A stretch of 53,654 nt of DNA, the filler included, from Jimgerdemannia flammicorona (lineage: Eukaryota): NCBI GenBank assembly GCA_003990765.1. It is 3 parts of 3 records of this genome, joined end to end, with 100 filler letters (N's around TTAATTAATTAA, not from the genome) between each part and the next. Parts side by side here need not be neighbours in the genome. Positions count along the whole stretch, not along the records: positions 35,846 to 53,654 come from RBNJ01002397.1; 2 more parts are not named here. The stretch is one strand, 5' to 3'. Under the pieces are notes generated by a model. That model worked only from the letters and a program-made list of their open reading frames with translations, was not told the DNA's origin and searched no databases. Shown piece after piece: positions 35,846 through 47,977 of this stretch. The position numbers and the translations under genes were made by a program. Each line of letters starts with the position of its first letter. The first letter of the stretch is position 1.

Positions 35846-38800
35846 CTTGCACTACACCCAGCAAGTCAAGATGAAGAAGGTCTTATTGAAGCCTTCTTTA
35901 CTCTTCTCAACAAGAGTTTTGTCAGCTCCACAAATCCGAGCAACCTAGGACAACCAGCAGCAGTCTTTCTAGCCTTAGTTCCTCATGAAGCCCAAGCCTC
36001 TGTAGCTAAGTGGCTCAACTCTACCAACTTTCACCATATCAGGACCAAGACCACATTATACTACCGATTCCAGAACAGCAAGACCTACCATATTCTTAAA
36101 GAAGAAGCAAGAGAAACTCTTCATCAACTACCTGACCCTGAACCTGAAGCAGGCCCTACTACAGCCCTATCTGAATCTGAAACCAATACCGAACCTGAAC
36201 TTGACTTTGAATTAAGTCCATCTGAAATCAGATATATAACTGATTCTGTCTACTTTGATACCGAGCAAATCCAATTACACGGGGACCAAACCAAAGAAGA
36301 GGAGGAGTATCTCAGCGAATTCGATCCCAGATATACCACTGAAGGAGAAGTACCTCCATCAGGACAGAATACACCTACACAGCAACAAACAGTTATCTAT
36401 CAAGCCCTCACTCCAGACCCACAACTACTACTCCAGCAACTTACACAGACCCAAAGAACCCCATTACACTCTGCACCAGTACCTCAAGTAGTACCAGTAA
36501 CACCACTACCAGCAGTCCAACCGCCTCTAGTAAATAATATAGTGAACCAACAGATTCTAGACCTCACAGCCCAGGTAGCCATAATGGCAGCAACTATTAC
36601 TACCTTAGCTGAACAGACCCAACCTACCAAAAATCTGAGCCTACCTACCTTCAATGGTACTGCACAAGAAGTCCAAAGCTTCATTAGTATAGTTGACACC
36701 AACTTCGAAGCCAATCAATGGACTAATGAGTGAGTTGCTGACCATGTTCTGACAAACAATCAAGACCACACTCTGGAATAACTCTTTGCTACTACTACAG
36801 CCTATGTCTGCCGAGTTGTTACATTCTTCTGAGGACCTGCTGAAGAATAATGGCAAACCCTTCCTGAAAAACCCCTCACATGGGATACCCAACCTGCAGA
36901 AGTTGCTCAGAATGTAGCAAACAATGCCCCAGGATATGGAGTCCATCCTGTAGCCCCTGGACTCAAACAACTCATGATTGCTCAATACTGCAGCAAAACC
37001 ATGATTGCTGAATCTCAAGTAAAACTCCACAACCTCAAATTTGATGTACATGACAAAGAAGAATTCAAAACCTTCTGTACAAAACTCGAGTCACTCCTGA
37101 ACACTGTTGGCCTAGGATACATTGCCAATGATGAAGTACAAAATGGTACAAGAGCAGACTACTTATTCAATGCCCTGCCTGAATGGCTTACTAGAAAAAT
37201 CTGAGAACAATGCCGCCCAGTTGGTTGTGACCACCAACAATAGTGCCTAGCAAGAATCAAGACTATGGTCAAGCAAATCCTAACAGCTGGACCAATTCTG
37301 CCCTGAAGACAATTCAACAACAAGGAAAAGACTTGGACTAAGAAAGAAGAACCCAAGCATGAAGTATCCTAAGCTCCCTCCACATCCACCTCTTGGACAC
37401 CTAGAAATCATGAACCCACCCAGCCAAGTACCTTCAAGAAACTCACTGAAGGTGAAAGAAATGAACTTTGAAAAAGTGGAGCATACTTCTATTGCTGAAA
37501 GACAGGACACATGGTCAGTGCCTGCCCTAACCGAAAACCCCAAACAGCAACACAAGCAACTGTTACCACTCTGCACTACCTCAACAATCTGACCACCAGA
37601 ACACTGGACTTTGTCAAGTTAAGACAAACTACTAAGGCCCCAACCAAAGGAAGTCAGAAAGCAGCTGGATATGACCTGTATGTAGTTGAAGAAGCTACAG
37701 TTTCCAACCGAGAAGTCAAACAAGTCTACACAGGAATCAGTATCCAAATCCCTGAAGGACATATTGGAAGAATATGCTGTTGCAGCAGCCTAGCATTGAA
37801 AGGACTCTCAGTAGAAGGAGGAGTCATTGACAAGAATTACACAGGTGAAATTATTGTCCTCATCTGAAACCACAGTTGGACACCCTTCAAGATCCCTATT
37901 AGTTTCTGCATTGCCCAGATTCTATTCGAAAAAATCAAGTCAACCCTGATAGTCAAGGAAGTCCCTGAACTACTGCCTACCATCTGAGGATCCAAAGGAT
38001 TTGGCTTATCAAACAAGGCCCCAGCCCAACCTACCATGAGCAAAGAAGAACAATTCTACAAGAAGATCAAAGATAGATATGTACCAAGTGGCCAATGCCC
38101 TCATGACATTGGAATGTACTCTTCCTGAATGATTGATGATTGCTTCTCTTGTATCAATGAACTGGCATAAAGAAGAACCAATAGAAGGAAAGCTCCTATA
38201 ACTGAAATCACCACTATTGGATCAGACAAACTGCTCACACTTAAGGCTTTTGTCAACCGAGTATCTGTCAAGATTATGATAGATAGTGATGCCTCAGGCA
38301 ACTTTATTAGTGAAGAAACAGCTGACAGACTTAAGATCTTTACCTCTCCAGTACAGCAAACTCAAGCAGTTGCTACAGCTAATGGAACCTCACATATTAT
38401 TAGCAAAGAAGTCTGCAATCTACCTTTCCAAATTGGAGACTACCGAGTACATGTTACCCTCCAAATTGTATCACTTCCTGACAATGAAATCATCCTTGGA
38501 ACCCCATGGTTAAAACAAGAGAACCCTATGATCGATTGGGTAAACCATTCTCTGACCATCAAGAAAGGATGCCACAACTTCAAACTGTAAGGAGAAAAGG
38601 ACCCACTTAATTCTAGTGACCCTGGACCAAAGATCACTCACATCAACAAGCTACAACTCAAGAAATTGGTCAAGAAATGCCCTCTCTTCACCATCTCCAT
38701 CTGTCCATTCAAAGGAGAACCTGAGAACTCTGAAGAAGATTTTTCCAAAGTTGACAGCCATGTCAGACCACTACTCCAGAAATTTCGAGACATATTCCCA

Positions 38801-41670
38801 AAGAAACTCCCGAAAGGCCTACCTCCTAATTGAGTAGTATACCATGCTATTAAGACTATTCCAGATGCCAAACCAGCCTTCAAGTCAATCTACCATATGT
38901 CTCTGAGAGAAATCGATGCACTCAAGAAAGAAATTAATGAACTCCTAGAACAAGGATTCATCAGACCCAGCATATCACCCTATGGTGCACTGGTCCTCTT
39001 TGTTGTCAAAAAAAGAGAAGACCTGTGAATGTGCATTGATTACCATGACCTCAATGAACAGACCATCAAGAACTGTTGCCTACTACCAAGGATTGATGAA
39101 ATATTTGATAGGCTCACCAATCCACAATTCATAAGCTCCTTTGACCTATGAAATGGTTAATGGCAAATTGTCATGAAAGAAGAAGACATCTACAAGACAG
39201 CTTTCCGAACTCGCTATGGACACTTTGAGTTTCTGGTTATGTTCTTTGGCTTAACTAATGCTCCAGCAATCTTCCAGACACTGATGAATACTATTCTGCA
39301 TCCATACCTGGACAAATTCATTGTTGTCTATATTGATGACATCCTAGTCTTCAGCAAAACCCTGGAGGAACATCTTGAACACCTTGAACTAGTACTACTG
39401 AAACTCCAAGAAAACCAACTCTTTGCAAAACTCAGCAAGTGCGAATTTCTTCTGAAAGAAATCCAATTCCTTGGACATATTGTCATGCCAAATGGAATTA
39501 AGGTGGACCCCAGCAAAATCTCCACAATCAAGGATTGGCCCAAACCCAAGAAGCTGAAAGACCTCCAGTCATTCCTGGGATTAGCAAACTATTACAGATG
39601 ATTTGTTGCCAACTTTGCCAAAATTGCTACCACCCTCACCCAAATGACCAAGTACAGCAAGAAACAAGAACAACTCTGGATCATAAAACAAGAGAAAGAC
39701 TTCAACAATCTTGTAAATTAGGGACCTGAACAAGATACAGCCTTTTAAGCATTAAAAGATACTCTGATAACCACTCCAGTACTTCAAGCAGCAAATCCTG
39801 CTCTATTATATAAAGTTACCACTGATGCCTCTGACCTAGCCCTTGGAGCAGTACTCATGCAAGAAGGACACCCTGTGGCCTATCATTCCTGCAAGTTCAA
39901 TGATGCTGAAATTAACTATGTAACCCACAAGAAGGAAATGCTAGCCATCGTAGACACTCTGATCAAATGGCAACCATATCTAGAAGGAGCACACTTCACT
40001 GTATTGACTGACCACAAGTCATTAGTCAACATCAAGACACAGACTACCCTTTCTCGAAAGCAAGCCAGATGGATGAAAGTCCTCACCAACTTCGACTATG
40101 AAATCCAGTATCACCCTGGTAAGGAAAATATTGTTGCCGATGCAATCTCCAGACCACCAATTGAAGAGGTTATCCAAACTCTCACCTTGGTTACAAACTC
40201 CATCATGGAACAAATTATCACAGCATGTGCTGATGATAAGGAAGCTCAAGTACTGCAAGAAATCCTGAATAGTGACAATGCTGACAAGCATACACAGTAT
40301 CATTAATACCAACTGAAGGACAATGCTATCTACTACAAAGACAGACTGTATGTCCCAAACAACCAAGACCTCCAAAGGACTATCCTATTTGAATGTCATG
40401 ATGCCCCTACAGCTGGACATTTAGGATTTGATAAATGTTACAAAGTTATCTCCCAAAACTTCTATTGGCCCTGCATGGCAGATCAGCTCAAAACCTACAT
40501 CACTTCCTGTAATGCCTGCCAATGAAACAAGTCCTCAACACTAGCAAAACCCAGCTTACTTCACCCTATCCCAGTACCATCTGTGAATTGGGAACAAATC
40601 TCTATGGACTTCATTGTACAACTACCCCAAACCAAGAATGGAAAAGATGCAATTGTTGTCTTTGTAGACTATCTCAGCAAACAAGCCCACTTTGTACCTA
40701 CTACCACTACTGCAACAGCATCAGACATGTCACACTCTTGTTTGACAACATCTTCTGCTACTATGGTCTTCCCAAGATCATCATTAGTGACCAAGACCCG
40801 AAATTCACCAGCCATTTTTGGAAAGCCCTCCATACACACCTTGGAATAAAACTTGCACTATCCACAGCCTTTCACCCAGAAACTGATGGCCAAACTGAAA
40901 GAATGAACTGAACTCTGGAATAAATACTAAGGAACTATGTTTCCTACAGACAAGATGACTGACATGCACACCTCACTACAGTTGAGTTTGCCTATAACAA
41001 TAGCAAGCAAGCCTCTCTCAGAATGACTCCATTCTTCACCAACACTGGACAAAACCCAAACACCCCTTTGACACTTATCTGAACAACTGAAGAACCCTCC
41101 ATAGTCGAAGCTATTGAAGAATTCTTACTTTGAATGCACAATCTAAGCCAGATTGCTATCAAGAATTTATCACGAGCTCAAGAACAACAGTCACAGTATG
41201 TTAACCAATATCACTGAGAAGAAACCTTTGATATTAGAGAAAAAGTTCTACTGGACATCAGAGGATACTGAGTTGACAACCTCAAGTATAGACCATCTAC
41301 AAAGCTGAACAGCAAGTTCATTAGACCATTTGAAGTCATTGCACAAGTCTCTCCAACCTCCTACAAATTGGCACTACCAGACACTATTAAGATTCACCCA
41401 GTCTTTAATGTTCAATATCTTAAGCAATACAATGAGAATGATGATGAGCTATTTCCAAACCAGACCACCAAACCACCTGCACCTGTCATTATTAATGATC
41501 AAGAAGAGTATGAAGTTGAACAAATCCTCAACAAACATGACAACAAGAGCCACCCTGAGTACCTTGTCAAATGGAAAGGTTACTCGATCTATGATATAAC
41601 CTGGGAACCCAAGACCAATCTCCAGAATGCTACTGACCTAGTTCAGGAATATGATTCCTTGAACAACTAG
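35846..41670 (+). pseudogene. Single-frame Gag-Pol polyprotein with premature stops and a frameshift near 40730
   Basis: LPTFNG (CA); YFYC*KTGHMVSAC (NC); MIDSDASGNF (PR); [13 protein letters not shown] and [10 protein letters not shown] (RT); TDAS and TDHKSL (RNaseH); ISMDFI and HPETDGQTE (IN); EYEVEQIL...YLVKWKGY (chromodomain). ORF pieces from 36542 to 40583 share one frame. Confidence 0.93.
37600..38015 (+). pseudogene. dUTPase domain of Gypsy family A
   Basis: All five motifs: AAGYDL, (R>C)SSLA, GGVIDKNYTGEI, (R>C)IAQ, (R>*)GSKGFGLS. Confidence 0.93.
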
Positions 41671-41882
41671 AACCAAATACTCTGTACCTATCCATACATA
41701 CTATATATTATCCTCCCAAACATTATAATTATTGCAAACCAAACCAAGAACTCAGCAAAACAAGACAAGAATACTGACCCTCTGGAAAAATGGCAAAACC
41801 AAAAGCAAGCCTATTCTCCCTGTACCACTGAACAAAATTAGAAGGCCCCAATGAGGACATCGAAAGCTAAGAAGGAGAGAGT

Positions 41883-43944
41883 TGTAAGCACACAACCTCC
41901 AAGCCACCGAAATTACACATCACCCTCTGAACAAGCCACTGAAATTACACACGACCTCTGAACAAATCTGGAAATCACCTGCTTGATCATGAAGCTGAGT
42001 CAAACTGAAGTCACAGTACACAAAGCTGAGTCAATACGAAGTCACAGAACACAAGATTTACACAAACGGAATCTTACCAATCAGGATCAAATATATATAT
42101 ACTGAGCACTGAGATGCATCGAATCAGAGAACCAAAACAAACAACAACTATAACTTCCAAACACACAAACATGACCACCGAGATCTATACCCATATCTGT
42201 GCTGATATTTGGAATGCCATTATCAACTGAGCTATACCCTCTCTGCCCCTCATGAATATCTATAGCCTAGCACCCCTCTACTTTGTGGAAGCCCGATGGA
42301 ATGCTCTGAACATGCTTAGCGAGGCCCACCAAATTGGACAAATCTCAAGCTACTACCAGATCAGCTGCCTCCTGGAAGATATGATCAAATACTACCACAA
42401 TACAGACATTATCCAGATGTCTCAACACCAGAAGCTCATCGCCCACAAACATCAAGAACTCTTCAATGAGTATAGCACTGTTATTCCCCACCTCCGAGTT
42501 ACCACAGCCGAAATGGTTGCTACCCTATCCTACAGCCAAATCAATGACATGATACAAGAACTCAACCACAAGTACCTCGAGTATGTCAAAACTACAGACA
42601 GAACCTTCCCACACCCCAATGATCACATCCTGCAAATGCCCCAAGTTGAATACACCATGAAGGATATCTATGATATAATCCACTTCAATGAAGACAAAGC
42701 AGAAGACAATGATCCCTCTGATGCTGACATGACCTCTAGCCAAGGATCTCTGCCAACCCTGATCATACTGCCAACCTTGCCGATAAACTTACAATAATTC
42801 ATAACAGCATATGAGACTTATTGGGACAATGACCACTGGTACAAATATCAATCCACCTTCACCCCCGATTACTTCAACTACAATGAAGAGACTGGAGAAC
42901 ACAATCTGTACCTCCAGACAACCCTCGAGATTGAACCAACCACTCCACCACCTGAGTATGAGCAACATGAACCACAGCCACCAACTTACTACAACCCTGT
43001 GACTCATAGTGCTGTAACCTACAGAAGATATGCAGACAGTGAATCCAATGAAAGTGAAGATGATGCACCCCTCCTTCACCCACCAATACCTTACCTAGTA
43101 TATGAGACTGATGATGCCATCTTGTGGGATGGAGATGAAGTTTCAATATATTATTACCTCAGTGAACAAGGAGAAGTAATCTGTGAACTACTCTTCCTAG
43201 ATGACTACTTTATCAGAGATAATGCAATTGATGGTGATGTTATCGAGAACTACCCAGATAGTACCTAAACCTATAAATAGCCTAGCAGTCATAGTATAGT
43301 TAGATTAGCCTTGTATGACATGACTGTGAACTGACTCAGCAGTCAGACAATCTCTTGACATATCAGATCACACTTGTACTACATGACTGTATTCTGACTC
43401 AGCAAAGCACTTAGTGCTATATCCATATTCAGTATAGTCCAGATAGCCTCTCACTAGTATAAATACCCCCTTCCCCAGACCTCAGAATCTCAGACTCGAA
43501 CACAGAAGAACATTCCTGAACACTTCCCTACAAATATCCCTTTACACAACTACTCCTAGTATAGCAATATCATGAATAGCAAATAAACCTATTTAATAAC
43601 CCACAAACCACTCTTAAGTAAATCCACTCTCTGTTAGGTCTCACTCCTAACCCCATCATGAAATTTCCTAATTGGGTATTGTCTGCAGCAATACGCTGAT
43701 TCAACTAAGCTGGTCTTAGTTTCTTGAACTTCCTGAAATATGGAAAATCCTGAACATCTAGAACTAGTCCGAAAAAGGACTTTGGTTGAGACATCAATCT
43801 GATCTTGAAATCAATAAGCATAGAGGATGTACTCCATATGAAATTGATCTTGACCATAAGAAAACAGTCTTCCAGAATATCCAGAACTTCCAGAAAACCC
43901 TTCCAGACTACGTAATGGTTATCCTAAAAAGCAACCCTCTTACA
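41883..43944 (+). repeat. 3' LTR (2062 bp) of copy A2
   Basis: TGTAAG...CTTACA after a PPT; colinear with 818-2881. Confidence 0.92.
42171..43268 (+). pseudogene. LTR-encoded 365-aa acidic protein, copy A2 (stops at 42228 and 42795)
   Basis: Same length and frame as 1106-2203; its stops fall at codons that are sense (CGA, CAG) in copy A1. Confidence 0.8.
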
Positions 43945-44269
43945 ATTGGTTAGTTATATTCCTCATTTACAAGTAAATTACATATATTATATTCTTTATA
44001 TTCTTCATCTATAGATATTTTCAGATATATTTTGGAACACTTTTTAACCTATGAAAATTTCTACATTAGTTCAGATCTATATTACCAGTCTTTTACTATA
44101 TTCTTTATCTATTTTCATACTTATAAGTAGTGAGTTTTGACCTACTGCAGTTATCTAGATAGTATTCTATTAGTTATGTTTAGTTTACTCTAGTTTGCTT
44201 CTATTCTAGTTTATATATTTTTTTTAATTATATTTCTTGTTGAGTGGGAGTATTGAGATAGCAACTCAA

Positions 44270-46715
44270 TATACCAATATGTGACCTTATGCTATTCTAT
44301 CAGATTTATGTAATTCATCAGTAATATAGAGAAATATATGATCTATATAACTTCAATAAGAATCACCTCTCTTTTACAATAATATTATTTAGAAGATATT
44401 AAGTTTGATATTATTAATAACTATCAATCTCTTAAATTTATCAATACCTAATTCACTCTATTATATCAATAAGCTAAGTAAAGTCAAATACTTCAAATTT
44501 TCCATCCAACAATTATCTATAAGTCTGGTAAGATATTTGTAGTATTAGATATCTTACTAAGATATTCAGATCTTACTATAATAATATAAGTTATCTTGGC
44601 ACTAAAATTTCTAAATCAAATTAAATAAGTTTATAAAAAAGATACTATTACTACTAGAGTTTTTTCAAATAAGCTCAAGAATATATATATATACTATTAA
44701 AGATAATCTGATCTATTATTAAAATATAGTCTATCTACTAAGCAATAGAACTTCACTATAAGATATTACAAGAACACTATAACTTTCCATTTATTAGTTA
44801 TTTTGAAATTGAGAAAACTATCAAGAATCTTTAGTATTATTATTACTAGTTTGATATGATCAAGAAAATCAAAAACTATATTACTAGTTATAATCTATAC
44901 TAGTACAACAAGTCTAGCAATTAAGTACTAACCAGTCTACTCTAGTTATTGTCAATTTCTCTCAAGAAGTTTGAGTAAGTTATAATAGACTTTATAATAT
45001 AACTCTCTTAAACTAAGTTTAGTACTAATGTTATAGTTATATTTGTTAACTATTTGATTAAGACTATAGTTGTCTAATCTATTATACATATATAACTAAT
45101 ATTATTATTTTTAAAATTATAAAAATCTCTTTAAGTCAATCTTCTATTATTATAATCTACTATAAGTTATTATTAGTAACTAAGATCTTAAGTTTATTAG
45201 TTACTTTTAGTAAGCCCTCTTTAAGACTCTTAGTATTCAAATTATCACATTTACTGTCTTTTACCTTTAAACTAATAGAAAAACTGAGTATATAAACAGA
45301 ACTCTTGAACAGATATTCAGAAACTATATTTTTTATAAATAAAATAATTATAACTATTATTTGATCTATATAGAATTTATATATAATATATAATATAGTC
45401 TAATTATTTACTGATATTTTTCTTTCTAACTACTTTATGGTCAAGACTCTAAGATCTCTACAAGTCTAGTCTCCTTTTAGAAAAACAGTTAAACCCAAGT
45501 CTTTACTATTAAAAATCTTATTAATAAGATAGATAAACTACTCAAGATTGTTACTGTGAATCTCCAGAAGACTCAATAATATTAAGCCAAGTATATTGAT
45601 AAGAAATATCACAATATTACCTATACTATTAGTGATTAAGTTCTTTTGTCTACTGAGAATATTAAGATATAATCTCAATTCATTAGACTCTTCAAGATTA
45701 TAGAATAAGTTTCTATATTCTTCTATTATCTCAAGCTATCTGAAACTATATAAGTATATTCAGTCTTTTATATTTTATATCTTAAGATCTGAAACTAGTC
45801 ACTATTTTACTTTAGTCAAATTTCCAAACTATTCACCTCTATAATTATTGAAGATCATATTGAGTATAAGGTTAAAAAAATTCTTGATAAAAGAATCTAC
45901 TACTACTGATCTAAATATCTGATCAAATAGATAAACTATTATTTAATCTCAAAAATTAGCAAAATCTCATTTAAGACTTTGAAGTAAAAATACACACCCT
46001 TATCTTTATCTACTAGCTAAATATATATACTTTCATATATAAATATAATTACTACTTATAAGCTTACTTAAGACAATAAGGATTTTGCTCTATATAGTTT
46101 GAATATTTAACTATTAAGTCATTAGTTTTCATTTTATATAAAGTTAGCCAACTCTTTATAGTAGTATCTATTCAAGTTTGAGAAATTTTAGTTAAGTATA
46201 GTTATTCTTATATAACTTTAAACTTTAATAAAAATAGTAATTCTTAAGGAGAGAGAGATATAATAATTTTTTAGTTATATTTTAGTTATAGTATATTTTT
46301 ATATTATTTCTCTAGTTTTTTTCTATTTTTTTTTAATATCTTTCAAATACTTAGAAATTCTTTTTTAGTATAAAGACTTTACTAGAATATTTTTGTCTTT
46401 TTTTTAATATTAAGTATCTTATCTTAGCTAGCTATAGAATTTTTTTAAAATATTGTAAAATCTTATTAATTATCTTTATGAAGAACTACTTTTTTGACTT
46501 TTCTTTTCATTTCTAAGATTTTTCTAGATCTTTCTTTCAGATCATATAAATATCCTCTTCTCTGTACAAATAAAGCTTAGAATATTTTCTCTGAAAATTC
46601 TTCAAAACTACCTAAATCTATAAGTATCTTTTTAAGCTACTTTAGATCTACTAGAATTATTCAGATTTAGTTACTTTCTTTTAAAGAAACTAAAGCTATT
46701 ATAATGATACATATA
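44270..46715 (+). mobile_element. Very old AT-rich Ty3/Gypsy chromovirus relic (RNaseH-IN-chromodomain-PPT-LTR)
   Basis: IYKSGKIFVVLDILLR (from YKPGK.NVVADALSR); integrase Zn-finger relic; EYKVKKILDKR...YLIK* at ~45860; PPT aaggagagagag at ~46247. Confidence 0.7.
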
Positions 46716-47065
46716 TACTAAAAAAAAGAGATAATACAACAAACATTCAACAAAAGAATAAATACAGCAATAAATAGCAGGAGAAGTATAGAGAAAGATA
46801 TACTAAAAAAAAAAGAGATGGTATAACAAATGTCCAACAATAGAATAAATACAGCAATAACTAGCAGGAGAAGTGTGGAGAAATTTACACTAAAAGAGAA
46901 GAGATGATACAACAAATGCTCAACAAAAGAATAATATAGCAATAAAAAACGTGAGGAAAATGTGGAGAAAGTTACACTAAATGATATTACAAAAGGACAA
47001 CTAAAGATGAAAAACAGTAATAAAAAAATGCAAAGAAAGTGTGAAGAAAGTCATACTAAAAGGGG
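46716..47065. repeat. ~85-bp minisatellite, three to four degenerate units
   Basis: Units atactaaaa...agagat.atacaacaaa...aagaataaatacagcaataa.tagcaggagaagt.t.gagaaa start near 46716, 46800 and 46887. Confidence 0.8.
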
Positions 47066-47080
47066 AGGAATAATATGACA

Positions 47081-47660
47081 TTAAATTGAATGGGAATTCT
47101 CCAGAGCTTTACCAACTTCCTTGTTCACATCTATAACAGTTAAAAACTGTTCCGTAAATACAGGTTGCATTACGGAGGTCCTTCGAGTTACCTGTACTTC
47201 CATAGGGTGATCTACTATCCTCCTTTTGACTTTCTCCATAATCCACACAAAATAGATACTGACTTCAGTATACTCTTTGAGCTGACTATTCCAATGATTC
47301 CAATTGTTGAAAAAATTGGAGACAGAGTCTGAGTGGCTATTGGCAATAGTAATCTGGATTGGGATTACAACAGCTTTTGTCAGCCCATCCTTTGCTTCCA
47401 ATGAAAGAAGAAACCCATCAATTGCCTTGAAGTTGAATGCCTTTGGGATATAGAGGGTACAGTCTGGCAATCTCTCTGGTGCACAAGAGTAAAGAGTCCT
47501 TTGAATACTACCATCATCTTCAGAGAGTACCTCTTGCTGGCCACATTCAATCCCAAATGTGTAATACTCCTGAGGCACATCTGTTCCATGAAGAAACCAA
47601 GCATTGCTGCATTATTTAAATATTTAACAACAGCCATAAACAACCTAAGGTCAATCTGGT
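47081..47660 (-). pseudogene. Last exon of a Crinkler/RHSP-type gene with a PD-(D/E)xK-like restriction-endonuclease domain; frameshifted
   Basis: LGFFMEQ...YIPKAFNFKAIDG...IPIQITIANSH matches the G..xE / P..xNFxAID / IQxT pattern; acceptor ctcacag at 47661; upstream exons not found. Confidence 0.6.
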
Positions 47661-47977
47661 CTGTGAGATAGATATATATTCAGAGAATTATAATGATGGG
47701 CTTAAGCAATTAACAAAAAAGTAAAAGAGCACATGAAATATTCAAATGCATATCTTGGATGGAAACTATTGATAATAGCAAATGTGGCACAATCCAGAAA
47801 TAAAAGAGCAAGAATGAAAGATTAGAGTTTATTTTAAATGCAATCAGAAATTGAGAGAGTAGTTAAGAGAGGAAGTTGAACACACACTCAGATCACCACT
47901 TTCACCAGTAACATTCAGGTGACACAAGACTCAGACAATACTTTTTACAATGTTTTTGGTGTCTGACGACTCACAAC

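Larger units (their letters stand above)
35846..43944 (+). mobile_element. Ty3/Gypsy chromovirus family A, copy A2 (5' end lost at the gap)
   Basis: gag-NC-dUTPase-PR-RT-RNaseH-IN-chromodomain, then PPT and 3' LTR. Confidence 0.95.

Noticed and set aside
818..43944. The two 2.06-kb LTRs as the ends of one 43-kb giant element carrying host genes
   Set aside because: Both are 3' LTRs, each preceded by a chromodomain and PPT. They lie on different contigs separated by artificial spacers and have no shared TSD.
46716..47065. CRISPR-like array
   Set aside because: Eukaryotic context; whole units repeat with no unique spacers, so it is a minisatellite.
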